Assembly (NCBI GenBank): GCA_963732745.1
Contig: CAVTAT010000002.1
Span: 192,772-256,771 of the forward strand
Length of the DNA stretch: 64,000 bases
Origin: an uncultured Alphaproteobacteria bacterium
Lineage (GTDB): Bacteria > Pseudomonadota > Alphaproteobacteria > Caulobacterales > Aquidulcibacteraceae
Reading direction: 5' to 3'
Both the position numbers and the translations under genes were made by a program. Under the pieces are notes generated by a model that was not told the DNA's origin, made no database searches, and saw only the letters and a list, made by a program, of their open reading frames with translations. Each line of letters opens with the position of its first letter. Position 1 is the stretch's first letter. Shown one piece after another: positions 1 through 11,404 of this stretch.

Positions 1-1808
1 GTGGCGGCGAGGCTGGATAATGTCGCGCGCGCTTCAAGACTTGGGCGCGCCAGTGGCCCGGTGAGGCGGCCAGTGGCGTCAATTGCGCCGGCAATCTCCG
101 CGTTGCCTAGAGAGAGGGGCCCGCGCGCGCTGGCCTCCAGCGCCAAGTCGGTTTGGCCGCGCACGATCCGCCCCGCCGCGCCGGCCCGCACGCGGGCGCC
201 ATCGACGCGGGCGTGCGACACGGTGAGGCCGCGACTTTCATAGCGCAGGCGCGCATCGATGCGCGGCGCCGCGCCAAGCAATTGGTTGACGATCGTCGAC
301 GCGCCGCCAACCCGCTCGCCAACGCCATCGACATTGGTGGTCCACACGCGCGGGCTGTCGCCCGGTTCGGAAAAAGCGCGCCAGCGCCCCGCAGCCGCGC
401 CCGAGAGGATTCCGAGCAAGGCGTCCAGGCGGCGTGCGCGCCAAGCCCCGGAGAATTCCCCGTCGCCGCGATTGACCCAGCCGCGCGCGTCCACCATCAC
501 CGCATCGCCTGAGAGTTCGGCTTGGTCGAGCGAAAACCGCTCGCGCGTGCGGTCGTAGCTTAGCTCCGCCTTGAGGCGCGCGTTGGCGAACAGGGCGGGC
601 GCTGCTTCCGGCGTACGCACATCGGCGCGCAGCGTGAAGCGATCTGGGGTTAGCGCGGCGCTGACGGGTCCGGCGAATGTAGTGGCGCGGCCCAGCGCAT
701 TTACCTCGCTTTGCTCGAGATTGGCTGCGATCGCGGTCACGCCGCGGGCGCGGCGCAATTGACCCCGCAGGCGCGTCTTGCCGTGTGCAAACGGAGATTC
801 GCGGGCGATGTCGGAGAGCCGCTCGGTCGAGGCGACGAAATGGGCCGGGCCATCGAGGGCGTAGTCTTCGGTGAGCTTGCCGTCGAGGTCGACGGCGATG
901 AAAGGCGTTTGCGCGTGCAGGTTGAAAACGCCGGCGCGCGCGCCCGCGGCGTTGAGCGACGCGCTTGCGCCGATGCGCCGCGCCAAGGTGCGGAGCGCTG
1001 GGGCGGCGTCAAGCTGAGCCTGGATGTCAAATTGCCAATTCTCGGCGCCCCAACGCGCCGCGCCTGAAAACAGCTCGCGCTCGCCGAGCGCCGCGTCGTA
1101 GCGTGCTTGGCCTTCGTTGGCGCCGCCATCGCCGCGCGCGGTCGCGCGAACCCCCTGATCGGCGGCGCCAAGCGCGTGCGCGAACACGCCCCCGGGCGCG
1201 CCCTCGACGTCAACCTGGAGCGCAAATTGTTCCCCGGACCGGTATTGGATCATTGCGCGATCAGCGCCTGAGTCTTTCGCCGCATCGGTGCGTGCTAGCT
1301 CCAATTCCAGCGCCCGCAACTCTTGGCCGCTGACGTCAAGCGAAAACGAAGCCGCGAACGTCGCCGCCGCGCCGACCACGGGTTCGGCGAGCGCCAGCGT
1401 TTCAATTCGGATATCGCCGATCTGGACGTCCAAATTGATGTTGCCGACAGGCCGAGGCCGCGACAGCGCGGGTCGCCGCAGGATCTCGATCCGTTCGGCG
1501 CTGGCATGCTCCAGCCGCACCGCGCCGAAGGCGATGTCGAGCGGGCGCCAACTGAGCGCGAGATTTTCCGCTTGCAGCCACAATCCCGTCTCGTCGGCAA
1601 GACTTGCGCGCGTCGCGCGCAGGTCTCCGAGCCAGGGCCCGGAGACGCCGTCGATGTCGATGCGCCCGAGCCGCCAGATTTTCTGTCCGTCGGCGAGGGC
1701 GTCGACAATCCACGCCGCGCCCGGGCCGATTGCCCACGCAATCGCACCGGTCGCAACCAACGCGCCAAGCGCGGGGCCGCGCCAGCGGCGTTTTTTGCGC
1801 GCGGCCAT
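1..1808 (-). CDS. tamB: Translocation/assembly module TamB-like protein (5' part; runs off window start)
   Basis: ATG at 1808 overlaps the tamA stop (ATGA). Frame reads MAARKKRRWRGPALGALVATGAIAWAIG... (N-terminal anchor, then beta-rich sequence), and the same frame gives plausible protein near 570. Directly downstream of tamA; absent from the ORF track, probably because there is no stop in the window. Confidence 0.75.
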   Translation of the reverse strand, partial: MAARKKRRWRGPALGALVATGAIAWAIGPGAAWIVDALADGQKIWRLGRIDIDGVSGPWLGDLRATRASLADETGLWLQAENLALSWRPLDIAFGAVRLEHASAERIEILRRPALSRPRPVGNINLDVQIGDIRIETLALAEPVVGAAATFAASFSLDVSGQELRALELELARTDAAKDSGADRAMIQYRSGEQFALQVDVEGAPGGVFAHALGAADQGVRATARGDGGANEGQARYDAALGERELFSGAARWGAENWQFDIQAQLDAAPALRTLARRIGASASLNAAGARAGVFNLHAQTPFIAVDLDGKLTEDYALDGPAHFVASTERLSDIARESPFAHGKTRLRGQLRRARGVTAIAANLEQSEVNALGRATTFAGPVSAALTPDRFTLRADVRTPEAAPALFANARLKAELSYDRTRERFSLDQAELSGDAVMVDARGWVNRGDGEFSGAWRARRLDALLGILSGAAAGRWRAFSEPGDSPRVWTTNVDGVGERVGGASTIVNQLLGAAPRIDARLRYESRGLTVSHARVDGARVRAGAAGRIVRGQTDLALEASARGPLSLGNAEIAGAIDATGRLTGPLARPSLEARATLSSLAA

Positions 1809-3567
1809 CAGAACGCCTGTCCGAGGCTGATATAGAGCGCGTAATCGGGGGCGGCGTCGCGGTCATCGAGCGGGAAGGCGATGTCCACGCGCAGCGGCGC
1901 AAAGCCGAGATCGTAGCGCGCGCCAATGCCGACGCCGAGGCGCAGGTCGCCGGCATCGCTCCAATCGTCAAACGCGGCCCCGCCATCGACAAAGGCGGCG
2001 GCGCCGAGATGTTCGCCAAAGCGCCAGCGCGCCTCCAACGAACCCTCGAGCAAGCCGCGCCCGCCCGGCGAGAGGCCCAGCAAGTCGCGCTCACGCGGAT
2101 AGATGGAATTGTAATCGTAGCCGCGCACCGAACCGCCGCCGCCAGCGTAAAACCGCCGATCGGGCGGCGCATCGTCGGCGGCGCCGGCGAGCGCTTCCAG
2201 CCAACCCGCGCGCAACCGCGCCGCCAGCGTCACGCGGTCATCCTTGGCGAAGGATTCATACAGCTCGCCCTTCGGCGATTCCACGCACGAAGGCGATGGT
2301 TGCATCGCCGGTGGAAATCGCCGGCTCGACGCGGAATTCCACGATCGAGCCATCGCGCGGATCGAGCGAGAATTCGGTGGTATCGCTGCGCAGGCTGGCG
2401 AAACCGGAAAGCGCGAGCGCGCTCGAGACGCCGCCGGCCGCATCGTCGTACTCGTCGGCCGACAAGCGCACGCCATAGGAGCGGCTGATGCGCAGGCGCG
2501 AGGAGGCGTCGACGGAGGCATGCAGCGCAATGCCTTGACGCGTATAAGCCTGCGGCGCCTCGCGCCCGGCGGAAACGCCGAAGCTCAGTGCATGACCGAG
2601 GCCGGCCGCATGAGGCCGCGTGAGCGCTATGGTGAGGTTCTGCTGAATTTCACCCAGCGCCGCCTCCACCTTCAGCGCGTCGGCGCGGCCGGAGAAATTA
2701 CGCCGCGTCCATTGCGCTTCAAGACCAAGCCCTTCCGTGGTGGCGTAGCCAAGCCCCAGCTCGTAGGCGTTGTTCGGCGCCGGCTCCACTTCCAGCACGA
2801 CAGCGCGGATTCCGCTCTGCGTCGGGCGGTTCCAGGCGCGTGGTCGCGCGGGGACGGCGCCCGTGGAACTCATGTCGCGGCGGAGTCGCGCGAGCTGCGC
2901 CGGCGTTGAAACCGCGCCAAGCTCCCAATTGCGCAAGCTCTGGGTGAAGCTCGGACGAAATGGCCCTTCGGGCTCCGCGCGCACAGCGCCAAGGCGCGCA
3001 AGCGCGCCGCTGGAAAAGCGAAACTCGGCGCTGACCGAAGCCAGCGCGTGATCCACGACAACGCGGCGTTCGCCGGCGATAGCGTCGGCGTAGCCGGCGT
3101 TTTGCAGCGCCGCGAGCGCCGAAGCCTGGGCGTCAAGCACAGCGGCGGCGCGCGCCGGGCGCGCCCTCGCTCACTTGCGCTAGCGCGGCGCGAACCGCGT
3201 CGGCTGCAAGTTCGTCGGGCGGCGCGCCTTCAAAGCTGAAGCGCGGCGGCGCAAAGTGGAATCGCGTGCCGGGCGTCAGCAGGAGGCGCGCACGCGGCGG
3301 CGAGTCGCTTGCCTCGGGCGTCACCTCGGCGGCGTAATAGCCCTCCGAGCGCAGCCAGACGCGCGCGCGCGCGGCGGCTTCCTCGGCGATGCGCTCGGCT
3401 TCGAACAATGAAGTCGGGCGATCGCGTTCGGGGAGCAGCTCTAGCAATGCCTTGCGGGCGTTTTCATCGACGCCCTCGATCGCGACCGGGCTCTGCGCTC
3501 GCGCCGGCGCCGCGGCAACGCAGAGCGCCGCGCAAAGCGCGGCTGGGAAGGCTGAAGCGTAGCGCAT
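1808..3567 (-). CDS. tamA: Autotransporter assembly factor TamA (Omp85 family), frameshifted in this sequence
   Basis: ORFs 3133-3567, 2256-3140 and 1808-2530 join into signal peptide + POTRA-like region (LRSEGYY; LQNAGYADA) + barrel with RFYAGGGGSVRGY and C-terminal YISLGQAF. Confidence 0.9.
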
Positions 3568-3649
3568 ATCGAGCCGCGCAAGGCTGGCGTGACGCGGTTA
3601 ATGGACCATCAATCGCGGTCTTGCGGCCAATCGCGGTCTTGGGCGCCAA

Positions 3650-4575
3650 TCAGCCCCAAGGACCTCGCTTGTTTTGCGGCGGCGGGCTCCACGGCCCAGG
3701 CTTGGACATGGTTGGCCGTCCGGAACGGCTGGCTATGTCAGTGAGTTGGGCGATGCGGTTCTTGGTGTTGGGGTGGGTTGAAAAGAGATTGTCCGCGCCG
3801 CGCCCAGACAGGGGATTGATGATAAACAGATGCGCCATGGCCGGATTGCGCTCGGCGTCGATGTTGACGCGCTGGCGTGCATAAGCTTCGATTTTTTGCA
3901 ACGCGCTGGCCAGCGCTTCCGGCTCGCCGCCGATTTCGGCGCCGATACGATCGGCCTCGTATTCTCGGGCGCGGCTGATCGCCATCTGCACCAGCGAAGC
4001 CGCCAGCGGCGCAAGCAGCATGATCAACAAGCCGGCAAGCGGGTTGGAATTGCCGTTCCTGGTCGCGGGGGCTGAGGAAGAAGGCGAAATTCGCCAGCAT
4101 GGCGATCGCCCCGGCGATAGTTGCGGTCACGGTCATGGTTAACGTGTCGCGATTTTTCACGTGCGCGAGTTCGTGCGCCATGACGCCGCGAATTTCCTCG
4201 CGCGAGAGCAGGCCAAAAAGCCCGCTCGTGGCCGCGACGGCGGCGTTTTCCGGATTGCGCCCGGTGGCGAAGGCGTTGGGCTGGGGATTATCGATAATGT
4301 AGACCTTGGGGGCCGGCAGGTTTGCGTGCGCCGCCAGCGCCAGCGTGTCCGGCACATAGGCGCGCACGCGGCCGTCGGCATGGTTGGCATCGGCCGGCTG
4401 GGCGCGGAAATGCGACAGCACCATCTTATCGGCGTTCCAATAAGCGAACGCATTCATCGCCGCCGCGACGCCCAGCGCGATCAGCATGCCGGTCTGGCCG
4501 CCGATCAGATAGCCGACGCCTCCGAAACAGAGCGGTCAGACCCGCCAGCAACGCGTAAGTCTTGAGTTGGTTCAT
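3650..4575 (-). CDS. htpX: Zinc metalloprotease HtpX (M48), frameshifted
   Basis: [17 protein letters not shown] start; [24 protein letters not shown] and LFSTHP motifs across three ORFs. Confidence 0.93.
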
Positions 4576-4600
4576 ATGCTCCTCACTGGGCAATGGAGAG

Positions 4601-4633
4601 AGATATCGAGAGCGAGGCGGGCGCGAGTTCAAG
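4601..4633 (-). promoter_or_regulatory. Putative RpoH (sigma32) promoter of htpX
   Basis: Minus strand CTTGAA-N17-CTCGATATCT upstream of a heat-shock protease; resembles the alphaproteobacterial RpoH consensus. Confidence 0.55.
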
Positions 4634-4747
4634 CGCCGCGCTGAGCGGCGCAAACCGCTGGCAGCAATTTGCTCCCGCGTGTGAAAAGGTCTAAACGCGC
4701 GGCCCGGGCGACCTGGAATGATCGGCGGCCCTGAAGGGGATTTATCA

Positions 4748-6736
4748 ATGGCGCAGGCCCCGGCTGACGCGCCGCATTCGCCAGACGCTGCGACCTCGGC
4801 GGTTCAGCACGGCGAGCTTTTGGGCGCTGCTGATCGGCTGCATCGGCGTCGTCTATGGCGATATCGGCACCAGCCCGCTCTACGCGTTCAAGGAAAGCAT
4901 CGCCGCATGTGATGCAGGGCGGCGCGCGGGCTCGAACGCCACGAAGTGTTTGGGCGTCGTCTCGCTAATCTTCTGGGCGCTGATGATCGTGGTGGCGCTG
5001 AAATACGTCATCTTCGTCATGCAGATGGACAACAAGGGCGAAGGCGGCACGCTCTCCCTGATGGCGCTGGCGCAACGCGCGCTCGGCAAGCGCACGCCGC
5101 TTCTGTTCGTCATCGGCGTCGCCGGCGCCTCGATGTTTTATGGCGACGCACTGATCACGCCGGCGATCTCGGTATTGTCGGCGGTCGAGGGCCTGAAAGC
5201 GGTGCCCGCGCTTGGCGACAACATCGAGCCGCTGATCCTGCCGATCGCCATTGGCATCCTGGTGGCGCTGTTTGCGGTGCAGTCGCGCGGCACCGGCGTG
5301 GTGGGGAGATATTTCGGCCCGATCACCGCGGTTTGGTTCGTGGTGATGGGCGCGCTGGGCGCTGATGCACATTGCTGCGCGACCCAAGCGTGCTGCAAGC
5401 GCTGTCGCCGACGCACGCGATGAGCTTCGCGTTCAATCACGGCGCTCTTGACCTTCGTGGTGCTGGGCTCGGTGTTTCTCGCGGTCACCGGCGCCGAAGC
5501 GCTCTACGCCGACATGGGCCATTTTGGCCGCGCGCCGATCCGCTGGCCTGGGCGCGTCTGGTGTTGCCGGCGCTGACGCTGAACTATCTCGGCCAGGGCG
5601 CCTTGCGCTCAGCGAAATCGAGAAGCATCAACCGCGAATACGCCTGGCTGCGATCGTCGCGAGCGGGCTCGATCACGTCGTTTCGAGTTCAGTCCGTTCT
5701 TTCAGATGGCGCCGGAAATCATCCGCTTGCCGCTGGTCATTCTCGCCACCGCCGCGACCGTGATCGCCAGCCAGGCGGTGATCTCCGGCGCGTTTTCGCT
5801 GACTCAGCAGGCGATCCAGCTTGGCCTGTTGCCGCGCATGGAAATCCGCCGCACCTCGGAAACCCAAGCCGGCCAGATCTACATGCCGCAGATCAATTGG
5901 ATGCTTGCTCGCCGGCGTGCTGGTGCTGACGCTCGCGTTTGGCTCGTCGACGCGGCTGGCGGCGGCCTACGGCATTTCCATCACCGGCGAGATGCTGATG
6001 AGCACCTGCATGATGTTCATCGTCATCTGGAAGCTCTGGAAGCAGCCAATTTGGCTGTCGGCTCTGATCGTCACGCCGTTCGCGCTGATCGAGCTCATCT
6101 TCTTGTCGTCGAATCTGCAGCGCGTGATGGCAGGGCGGCTTCGTGCCGCTGGCGCTGGCGGCGGGCCTCATCATCGTGTTTTGGACCTGGGTGCGCGGCA
6201 CCCGCATCCTGGCTGACGTGGTGCGCCGCGACGAACCGGTGGCGAAATTGTTCGAGACGCTTTCGCACCATCCGCCGCACCGCGTGCGCGGCACCGCGAT
6301 TTTCCTCACCAGCGATCCCGAAATCGCGCCGGCGGCGCTGATGCACAATCTCAAGCACAATCAGGTGCTGCACGAGCAAATCATCCTGCTCACGGTGAAA
6401 ACCCTCAACATGCCGCGCGCGCGGGAAAGCGAGCGCGTCAAGGTCGAGGATTTCCTGCCCGACGTGAAGCGGGTGACGCTCACCTTCGGCTTCATGGAAA
6501 CCCCGAACGTGGTCAAGGCGCTCACCGAAGCGCGCAAGCGCGGGCTGAAATTCGACATCATGAAGACCAGCTTCTTCCTGAGCCGGCGCAGCGTGGTGCC
6601 GAGCGAACAATCCGGCATGCCGCTCTGGCAGGATCATTTGTTCATCTTCCTGGCGCGAAACGCGACTAACGCGACGGACTTCTTCCACATCCCGACGGGG
6701 AGGGCGGTGGAGTTGGGGAACCAGGTGATGGTGTGA
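4748..6736 (+). CDS. kup: Potassium uptake protein Kup, frameshifted
   Basis: [76 protein letters not shown] and [11 protein letters not shown] motifs. Confidence 0.93.
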
Positions 6737-6743
6737 TGAGGTC

Positions 6744-7044
6744 TTATTCCGGCCAGCCGCCCGCCGGCCAATCGCGCGATGTGTGAATGATGCGCAGAAT
6801 GCGCAGCGTTGTTTTGTCCGGGAAGCTCGAACGCGACGATGTAGGGCAGACCGCGCACGGGCTTTTCGAATGTGCCGGCCATTCTTCCAGCGCGGGCGGC
6901 AGGCATGAAGGCGAGCGCTGCGATGGCGCCGCCAATTCTCTCGCCGACGCGTCGGGCGGAAAGTGGATTGTCCCTCCCGATGAAGGCGGTGATTTCATCA
7001 AGGTCCTTTTGTCGGCGCCGGAGACCGAGCTCAACGCTCCTCAA
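6744..7044 (-). CDS. RelE/ParE-family toxin, frameshifted
   Basis: DLDEITAFIGRDNPLSARRV...PYIVAF...LRILRIIHTSRDWP; directly downstream of an RHH antitoxin. Confidence 0.8.
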
Positions 7045-7312
7045 GCGCGCTTTGCCTTGTGCCGCTCCATGGCTTCAAGTGCGTGCGTTCAGCCGCTTGA
7101 TCACGTCTTCAGTGGGGTATTGCCTTTCCCGCCCGGCCGTCTTCCATCGCTTGCGCAATACTCTTCACGATCGGCATTTGGTAATCGACATAAGCGTCCA
7201 GCGCCTCGGCGGCGTGCCAGGATTTGCTGCGGCCGCTGAGCTTGGCGAGCTTTTCGAGCTTGGCCTTCACTTTGCGCGGCAGGCGGATGGAGAGAACTTC
7301 GGAATCGGACAT
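7041..7312 (-). CDS. CopG/RHH antitoxin (3' end probably frameshifted)
   Basis: MSDSEVLSIRLPRKVKAKLEKLAKLSGRSKSWHAAEALDAYV is an RHH pattern; a second frame continues (EDVIKRLNAR...) up to the toxin start. Confidence 0.8.
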
Positions 7313-7322
7313 GGGATGCTCC

Positions 7323-7341
7323 TTGTATACAATGTATACAA
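7323..7341. promoter_or_regulatory. Tandem palindromic operator of the TA operon (TTGTATACAA TGTATACA)
   Basis: Two adjacent TGTATACA palindromes immediately upstream of the antitoxin RBS. Confidence 0.6.
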
Positions 7342-7367
7342 TGTCGCGCCGCGCGCAAGCCCGCTCC

Positions 7368-7423
7368 GTACCGCCGGCTTCCAGGCCGGCTGCTCGTTGT
7401 TTGCCGGCGGGAGCTGGCGGTAC
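7368..7423. repeat. REP-doublet-like inverted repeat (GTACC+hairpin type), degenerate
   Basis: GTACCGCCGGCTTCCAGGCCGGC ... GCCGGCGGGAGCTGGCGGTAC. Confidence 0.55.
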
Positions 7424-7464
7424 AAAGGTAGCGCGCCGCCGCGCGCACAGCTATGTAATCGCCC

Positions 7465-8717
7465 ATGAGCAAAGACACCGTGAAAAAAGTCGTGCTCGCC
7501 TATTCGGGCGGGCTGGATACTTCCATCATCCTGAAATGGCTGGGGGAGACATATGGCTGCGAGATCGTCACCTTCACCGCCGATCTCGGCCAGGGCGAGG
7601 AGCTGGCCCCGGCGCGGGCGAAGGCGCTGGCGATGGGCGTCAAGCCGCGAGAATATTTTCATCGACGATCTGCGCGAAGAATTCGTCCGCGATTTCGTGT
7701 TCCCGATGTTCCGCGCCAACACGCTCTATGAGGGCCAGTATCTGCTCGGCACCTCGATCGCGCGGCCGCTGATCGCCAAGCGCCAGATCGAGATCGCCAA
7801 TATGGTCGGCGCGGACGCCGTGTGTCACGGCGCCACCGGCAAGGGCAACGATCAGGTGCGCTTCGAGGTTTCGTATTACGCGCTGAAGCCGGACGTGAGA
7901 GTGATCGCGCCGTGGCGGGAATGGGAGTTCGAGGGCCGGCCCGATCTCATCGCCTACGCCAAGAAACACAACATCCAGATCGCGCAAGGCAAGGAACAAG
8001 CCGCGCCGTTTTCCGATCGATGCGAATTTGCTGCACACTTCTTCTGAAGGCTTGGCGCTGGAAGATCCAGACGTTGAGGTTCCCGATATCGTCACCAAAC
8101 GCAGCGATCGCCGCACCATCACGCCAGAGGAAGCGCCCGATAAGGCGGAAGTGGTCACGCTCGCGTTCGAACGCGGCGATCTCGTCCGCCATCAACGGCA
8201 AAGCCGATGAAGGCGCATGAATTGCTGGCGTGAGCTCAATCGCCTCGGTGCGAAGCACGGCATCGGCGGGCTGGACCTGGTGGAGAACCGCTATGTCGGC
8301 ATGAAGTCGCGCGGCTTTTACGAAACCCCCGGCGGCACGATCCTCTGGCACGGCCACCGCGCCATCGAGAGCATCACGCTCGATCGCGGCGCCATGCATC
8401 TGAAGGACGAATTGATGCCGCGCTACGCCAGCATCATTTATAACGGCTTCTGGTGGACGCCGGAACGCCGCATGCTGCAAGCGGCGATCGATGCGTCGCA
8501 GGAGAGCGTGACGGGCGAGGTGAAGCTTAATCTCTACAAAGGCGGCGTGCGCGTGGTGGGCCGCGCTTCGCCCTATTCACTCTATTCCAAGGAACTCGTC
8601 GGCTTCGACGAAGCCGGCGGCTACAACCAAGCCGACGCCGAAGGCTTCATCAAACTCAACGCGCTTAGGCTGCGGATTCTGGCGGAGCGGGATAAGAAGC
8701 GCGGGAAGAATGAGTAG
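7465..8717 (+). CDS. argG: Argininosuccinate synthase, frameshifted
   Basis: [63 protein letters not shown] and [12 protein letters not shown]. Confidence 0.95.
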
Positions 8718-9273
8718 GAAACGCTCCCCTTGGTTTGCGTTCGCCTTTGCGAGCGCAACAATCATTGCGGCCCTTGTCGGCTTTATTTCGAATCTCGGCG
8801 GCGCACGCTATTTTCTGTGCTCAGTTGGCATAGGAATAGGGTGTTCTGATCCCGAGTCTATTCACGCGCGAACTGAAGAATCATTTCCGACCCCCGATCG
8901 GTCGGCATGGACACCTCTTGAGAACAATTCGTCCTACGCGAGGAATTATCAACGTCGCGAGCTTCGCTCCTCGGAGAGATTCAATCAGGTCGTGACCGTC
9001 TTTGAAACGCCGATGACGGATGATCGACGCATTGGGGTAGAGGTTTCGCCCGGCGAGTACCTTGAAGTGTTTAAGATCAGTCACGACAGTGTGATTGTTC
9101 AGATTCGACGGGACCATGAGAGGTATTGGCTTCTGAGCCGGCAGACCTTTGCCCTTTCCGGGCGCTTGGCCGCCCAGAACCCAGATGCCGGATCTGACGT
9201 TTTCCAAGTCTTCAGGTTTGAGTTTCAAGACGAAATTGACGAAACGCGTCACTTGTTGGCATCGGAATTCTAA
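8710..9273 (+). CDS. Hypothetical protein with N-terminal hydrophobic segment
   Basis: 187-aa ORF overlapping the argG end; visibly lower GC than flanks; no recognised motif. Confidence 0.55.
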   Translation: MSRKRSPWFAFAFASATIIAALVGFISNLGGARYFLCSVGIGIGCSDPESIHARTEESFPTPDRSAWTPLENNSSYARNYQRRELRSSERFNQVVTVFETPMTDDRRIGVEVSPGEYLEVFKISHDSVIVQIRRDHERYWLLSRQTFALSGRLAAQNPDAGSDVFQVFRFEFQDEIDETRHLLASEF

Positions 9274-9389
9274 CGGCGAAATCCTTTGCTCGTGGGTGCC
9301 TAATAAAGCTCAACGCGCTCGCGCTGCCCATCCTGCCAGCGTAGAACGCCACAAGTGATTTTGCCGTCTCGTTGTGCTATATGGGGTTG

Positions 9390-9851
9390 ATGACCGGCGA
9401 TCTGTATCAACGCGACTTTTACCTCTGGACCCAGGGGCAGGCGGAGGCGTTGCGCGCCGCCGGGCAGGGCAAGCGCCGCTCGAACGCGGTCGAGTGGGAG
9501 CGGGTGGCCGAGGAGGTTGAGGATTTGGGCAAGAGCGATGTGCACGCAAGCGAGAGCCTTACGGTCCAGATTCTCATCCACCTTTATAAGCTGGCCTGGA
9601 CCCAGCGCCACGAGCCAAAAGGGCACTGGGAGGGCGAAATTGTCGCCCTGCGTGGCAATCTGAAGCGAAAGCTCACCCCCACCATCCGCAACACGGTTCT
9701 GGCGGAACTGGAGGAGCTACACCAGGAAGCCGGAGAGGCCGCGTCGCGTGCGTTCAAGTCTGACGAGCCTGGCGCCGTCACAGACCAAGCACTGCGCTGG
9801 ACGCTTGCTCAAATCCTAGGCGAGGAAGCTGATCCGCTCCGCGAGCCGTGA
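9390..9851 (+). CDS. DUF29 family protein
   Basis: LYQRDFYLWTQGQAEALR...VEWERVAEEVEDLGKSD is the characteristic DUF29 N-terminus. Confidence 0.85.
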   Translation: MTGDLYQRDFYLWTQGQAEALRAAGQGKRRSNAVEWERVAEEVEDLGKSDVHASESLTVQILIHLYKLAWTQRHEPKGHWEGEIVALRGNLKRKLTPTIRNTVLAELEELHQEAGEAASRAFKSDEPGAVTDQALRWTLAQILGEEADPLREP

Positions 9852-9886
9852 TATGCTAGGCCCGATGTCGGGGGCGCGTTTCGAAC

Positions 9887-10564
9887 CTAAAGCACCAACC
9901 CCACCAGCACCGCCGCGTAGTGCCCGGCCGCGCCGAGCACGACGCAGGCGTGCCAGATGGCGCGGCGGAAGGGCAGGGCGTGGTTGAGGTAGAGCAGCAC
10001 GCCGCCGGAATAGACCGCCCCGCCCGCCACCAGCAGCCAGAACGCCAGCGGCGGCAGCGTTGGCGCAACGGGCCCGAGCACCAAAACCGCCAGCCAGCCG
10101 AAGGCCAAATACACTAGGCACCAAGCCCGGTCCGAGAGCGAAGTCCAGAACACCTTGCCGACCGCGCCGGTGAGCGCCGCCGCCCAGATCGCGATAGTCA
10201 CCCAAAGCGCGAAATCAGGCGGCAACAGCTTAATGGTGAACGGGGTGTAGGAGCCGGCGATCATGAGGAAGATCGCCGCCTCGTCGATGCGGCGCAGCAA
10301 GCGGCGCGCACGGGTTGGTTTGGAAAAATTGTAAACCGCCGAAGCGGTCAGCATGGCTGTCATGCAGAGCGCATAGAGCGCGCTCGCCGTGGCCATAGGC
10401 ACACCCTGATGAGCCAAAGCCGCAGCCACCAACATGCCCCCGCCCACCAGGGCGGCGGCAAGGCCGATGGCGTGAACTATGCCGTCGGCGGCATGCTCGG
10501 CTCGGTTTGGATAATGAGCGGCAAGCTCGGCGGGGTCGGCGGCTAGCGGCCAGTTGCGCTTCAT
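9887..10564 (-). CDS. Hemolysin III/PAQR family membrane protein (TrhA-like)
   Basis: ASAVYN, RRIDEAAIFLMIAGSYTPF and AIWHACVVLGAAGHY motifs; multiple TM segments. Confidence 0.9.
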   Translation of the reverse strand: MKRNWPLAADPAELAAHYPNRAEHAADGIVHAIGLAAALVGGGMLVAAALAHQGVPMATASALYALCMTAMLTASAVYNFSKPTRARRLLRRIDEAAIFLMIAGSYTPFTIKLLPPDFALWVTIAIWAAALTGAVGKVFWTSLSDRAWCLVYLAFGWLAVLVLGPVAPTLPPLAFWLLVAGGAVYSGGVLLYLNHALPFRRAIWHACVVLGAAGHYAAVLVGLVL

Positions 10565-10731
10565 GTCCTGCGCTCCCGCCTCGCATTCGGCGAGACGTCC
10601 CGTGAAGATACAACAAGCGGCCTTAAGGTTACGTGAGCAAAGCCGGGCGCGCCTAACCAATCGGACATGGTGCGCGAGCCGGAGTTTTCAAGCGATTTTC
10701 AGCTTGGCGCCGATTTCGCAAGGTCGGCTTC

Positions 10732-10986
10732 ATGTCTCGTTTACACATTTCGGCAGCGGCGTTGCGCGCGGAAGCGGGCGTCTTGGGCATTTCCGGCATC
10801 ATGCTGATGGCCATCGGCTTTCCGCTAACCTTGTTTCTGGTGGCGTGGGCCCTGGCCGAGGGCGGCTTGCCGCCAATGCTGCCTGTTGCGATCGGCGCGC
10901 CGCCCTTGATGATCGGCTACCTCGCCTGCCATTACGCCTCGCAGCGTCTGGTCATGGCCAAGGCGCTGCTGGCAGCCCAACGCTGA
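10732..10986 (+). CDS. Small hypothetical membrane protein
   Basis: 84 aa with two hydrophobic stretches; fills the gap between divergent genes. Confidence 0.55.
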   Translation: MSRLHISAAALRAEAGVLGISGIMLMAIGFPLTLFLVAWALAEGGLPPMLPVAIGAPPLMIGYLACHYASQRLVMAKALLAAQR

Positions 10987-11066
10987 AATTGCTAGCAGTA
11001 TCAGCGTATTGACTTGTTAATGATTTCATCGGCACCCTGTCCAGGCGGGACTTGGGGAGCCATTTC

Positions 11067-11348
11067 ATGGGCGCGCGCGCGGACGATCACGAGGACCTGA
11101 GACTCAAACTTGGCGGCTGGCGGCTGGCCACCGCCGAAGTGCTTTATTACATGCCCGATCACCCGGCTCTGCTGCAGAGCTTCGTCTGGCAAACGCTTGA
11201 CCTCGCGCCTGCCTATCCGCGGCTGCACAAGTTTCTCGAGTTTTGGCGCCGCGAGATCGAGGCTGTGATCCACTCGGTGCAATTGGCGACCGGAGAAACC
11301 CTGGCGCCGGCGGCTTTTCGCAAGGTCGATCTGATCCATCATCACTAA
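11067..11348 (+). CDS. usg: Usg family protein
   Basis: GWRLATAEVLYYMPDHPALLQSFVWQTLDLAPAYPRLHKFLEFWRREIEAVIHSV. Confidence 0.85.
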   Translation: MGARADDHEDLRLKLGGWRLATAEVLYYMPDHPALLQSFVWQTLDLAPAYPRLHKFLEFWRREIEAVIHSVQLATGETLAPAAFRKVDLIHHH

Positions 11349-11404
11349 AATGGCATTGGCGCCGAGCCGCGCCCGCCTACATAAGTGGGATCGGAGAAGC
11401 TCAT

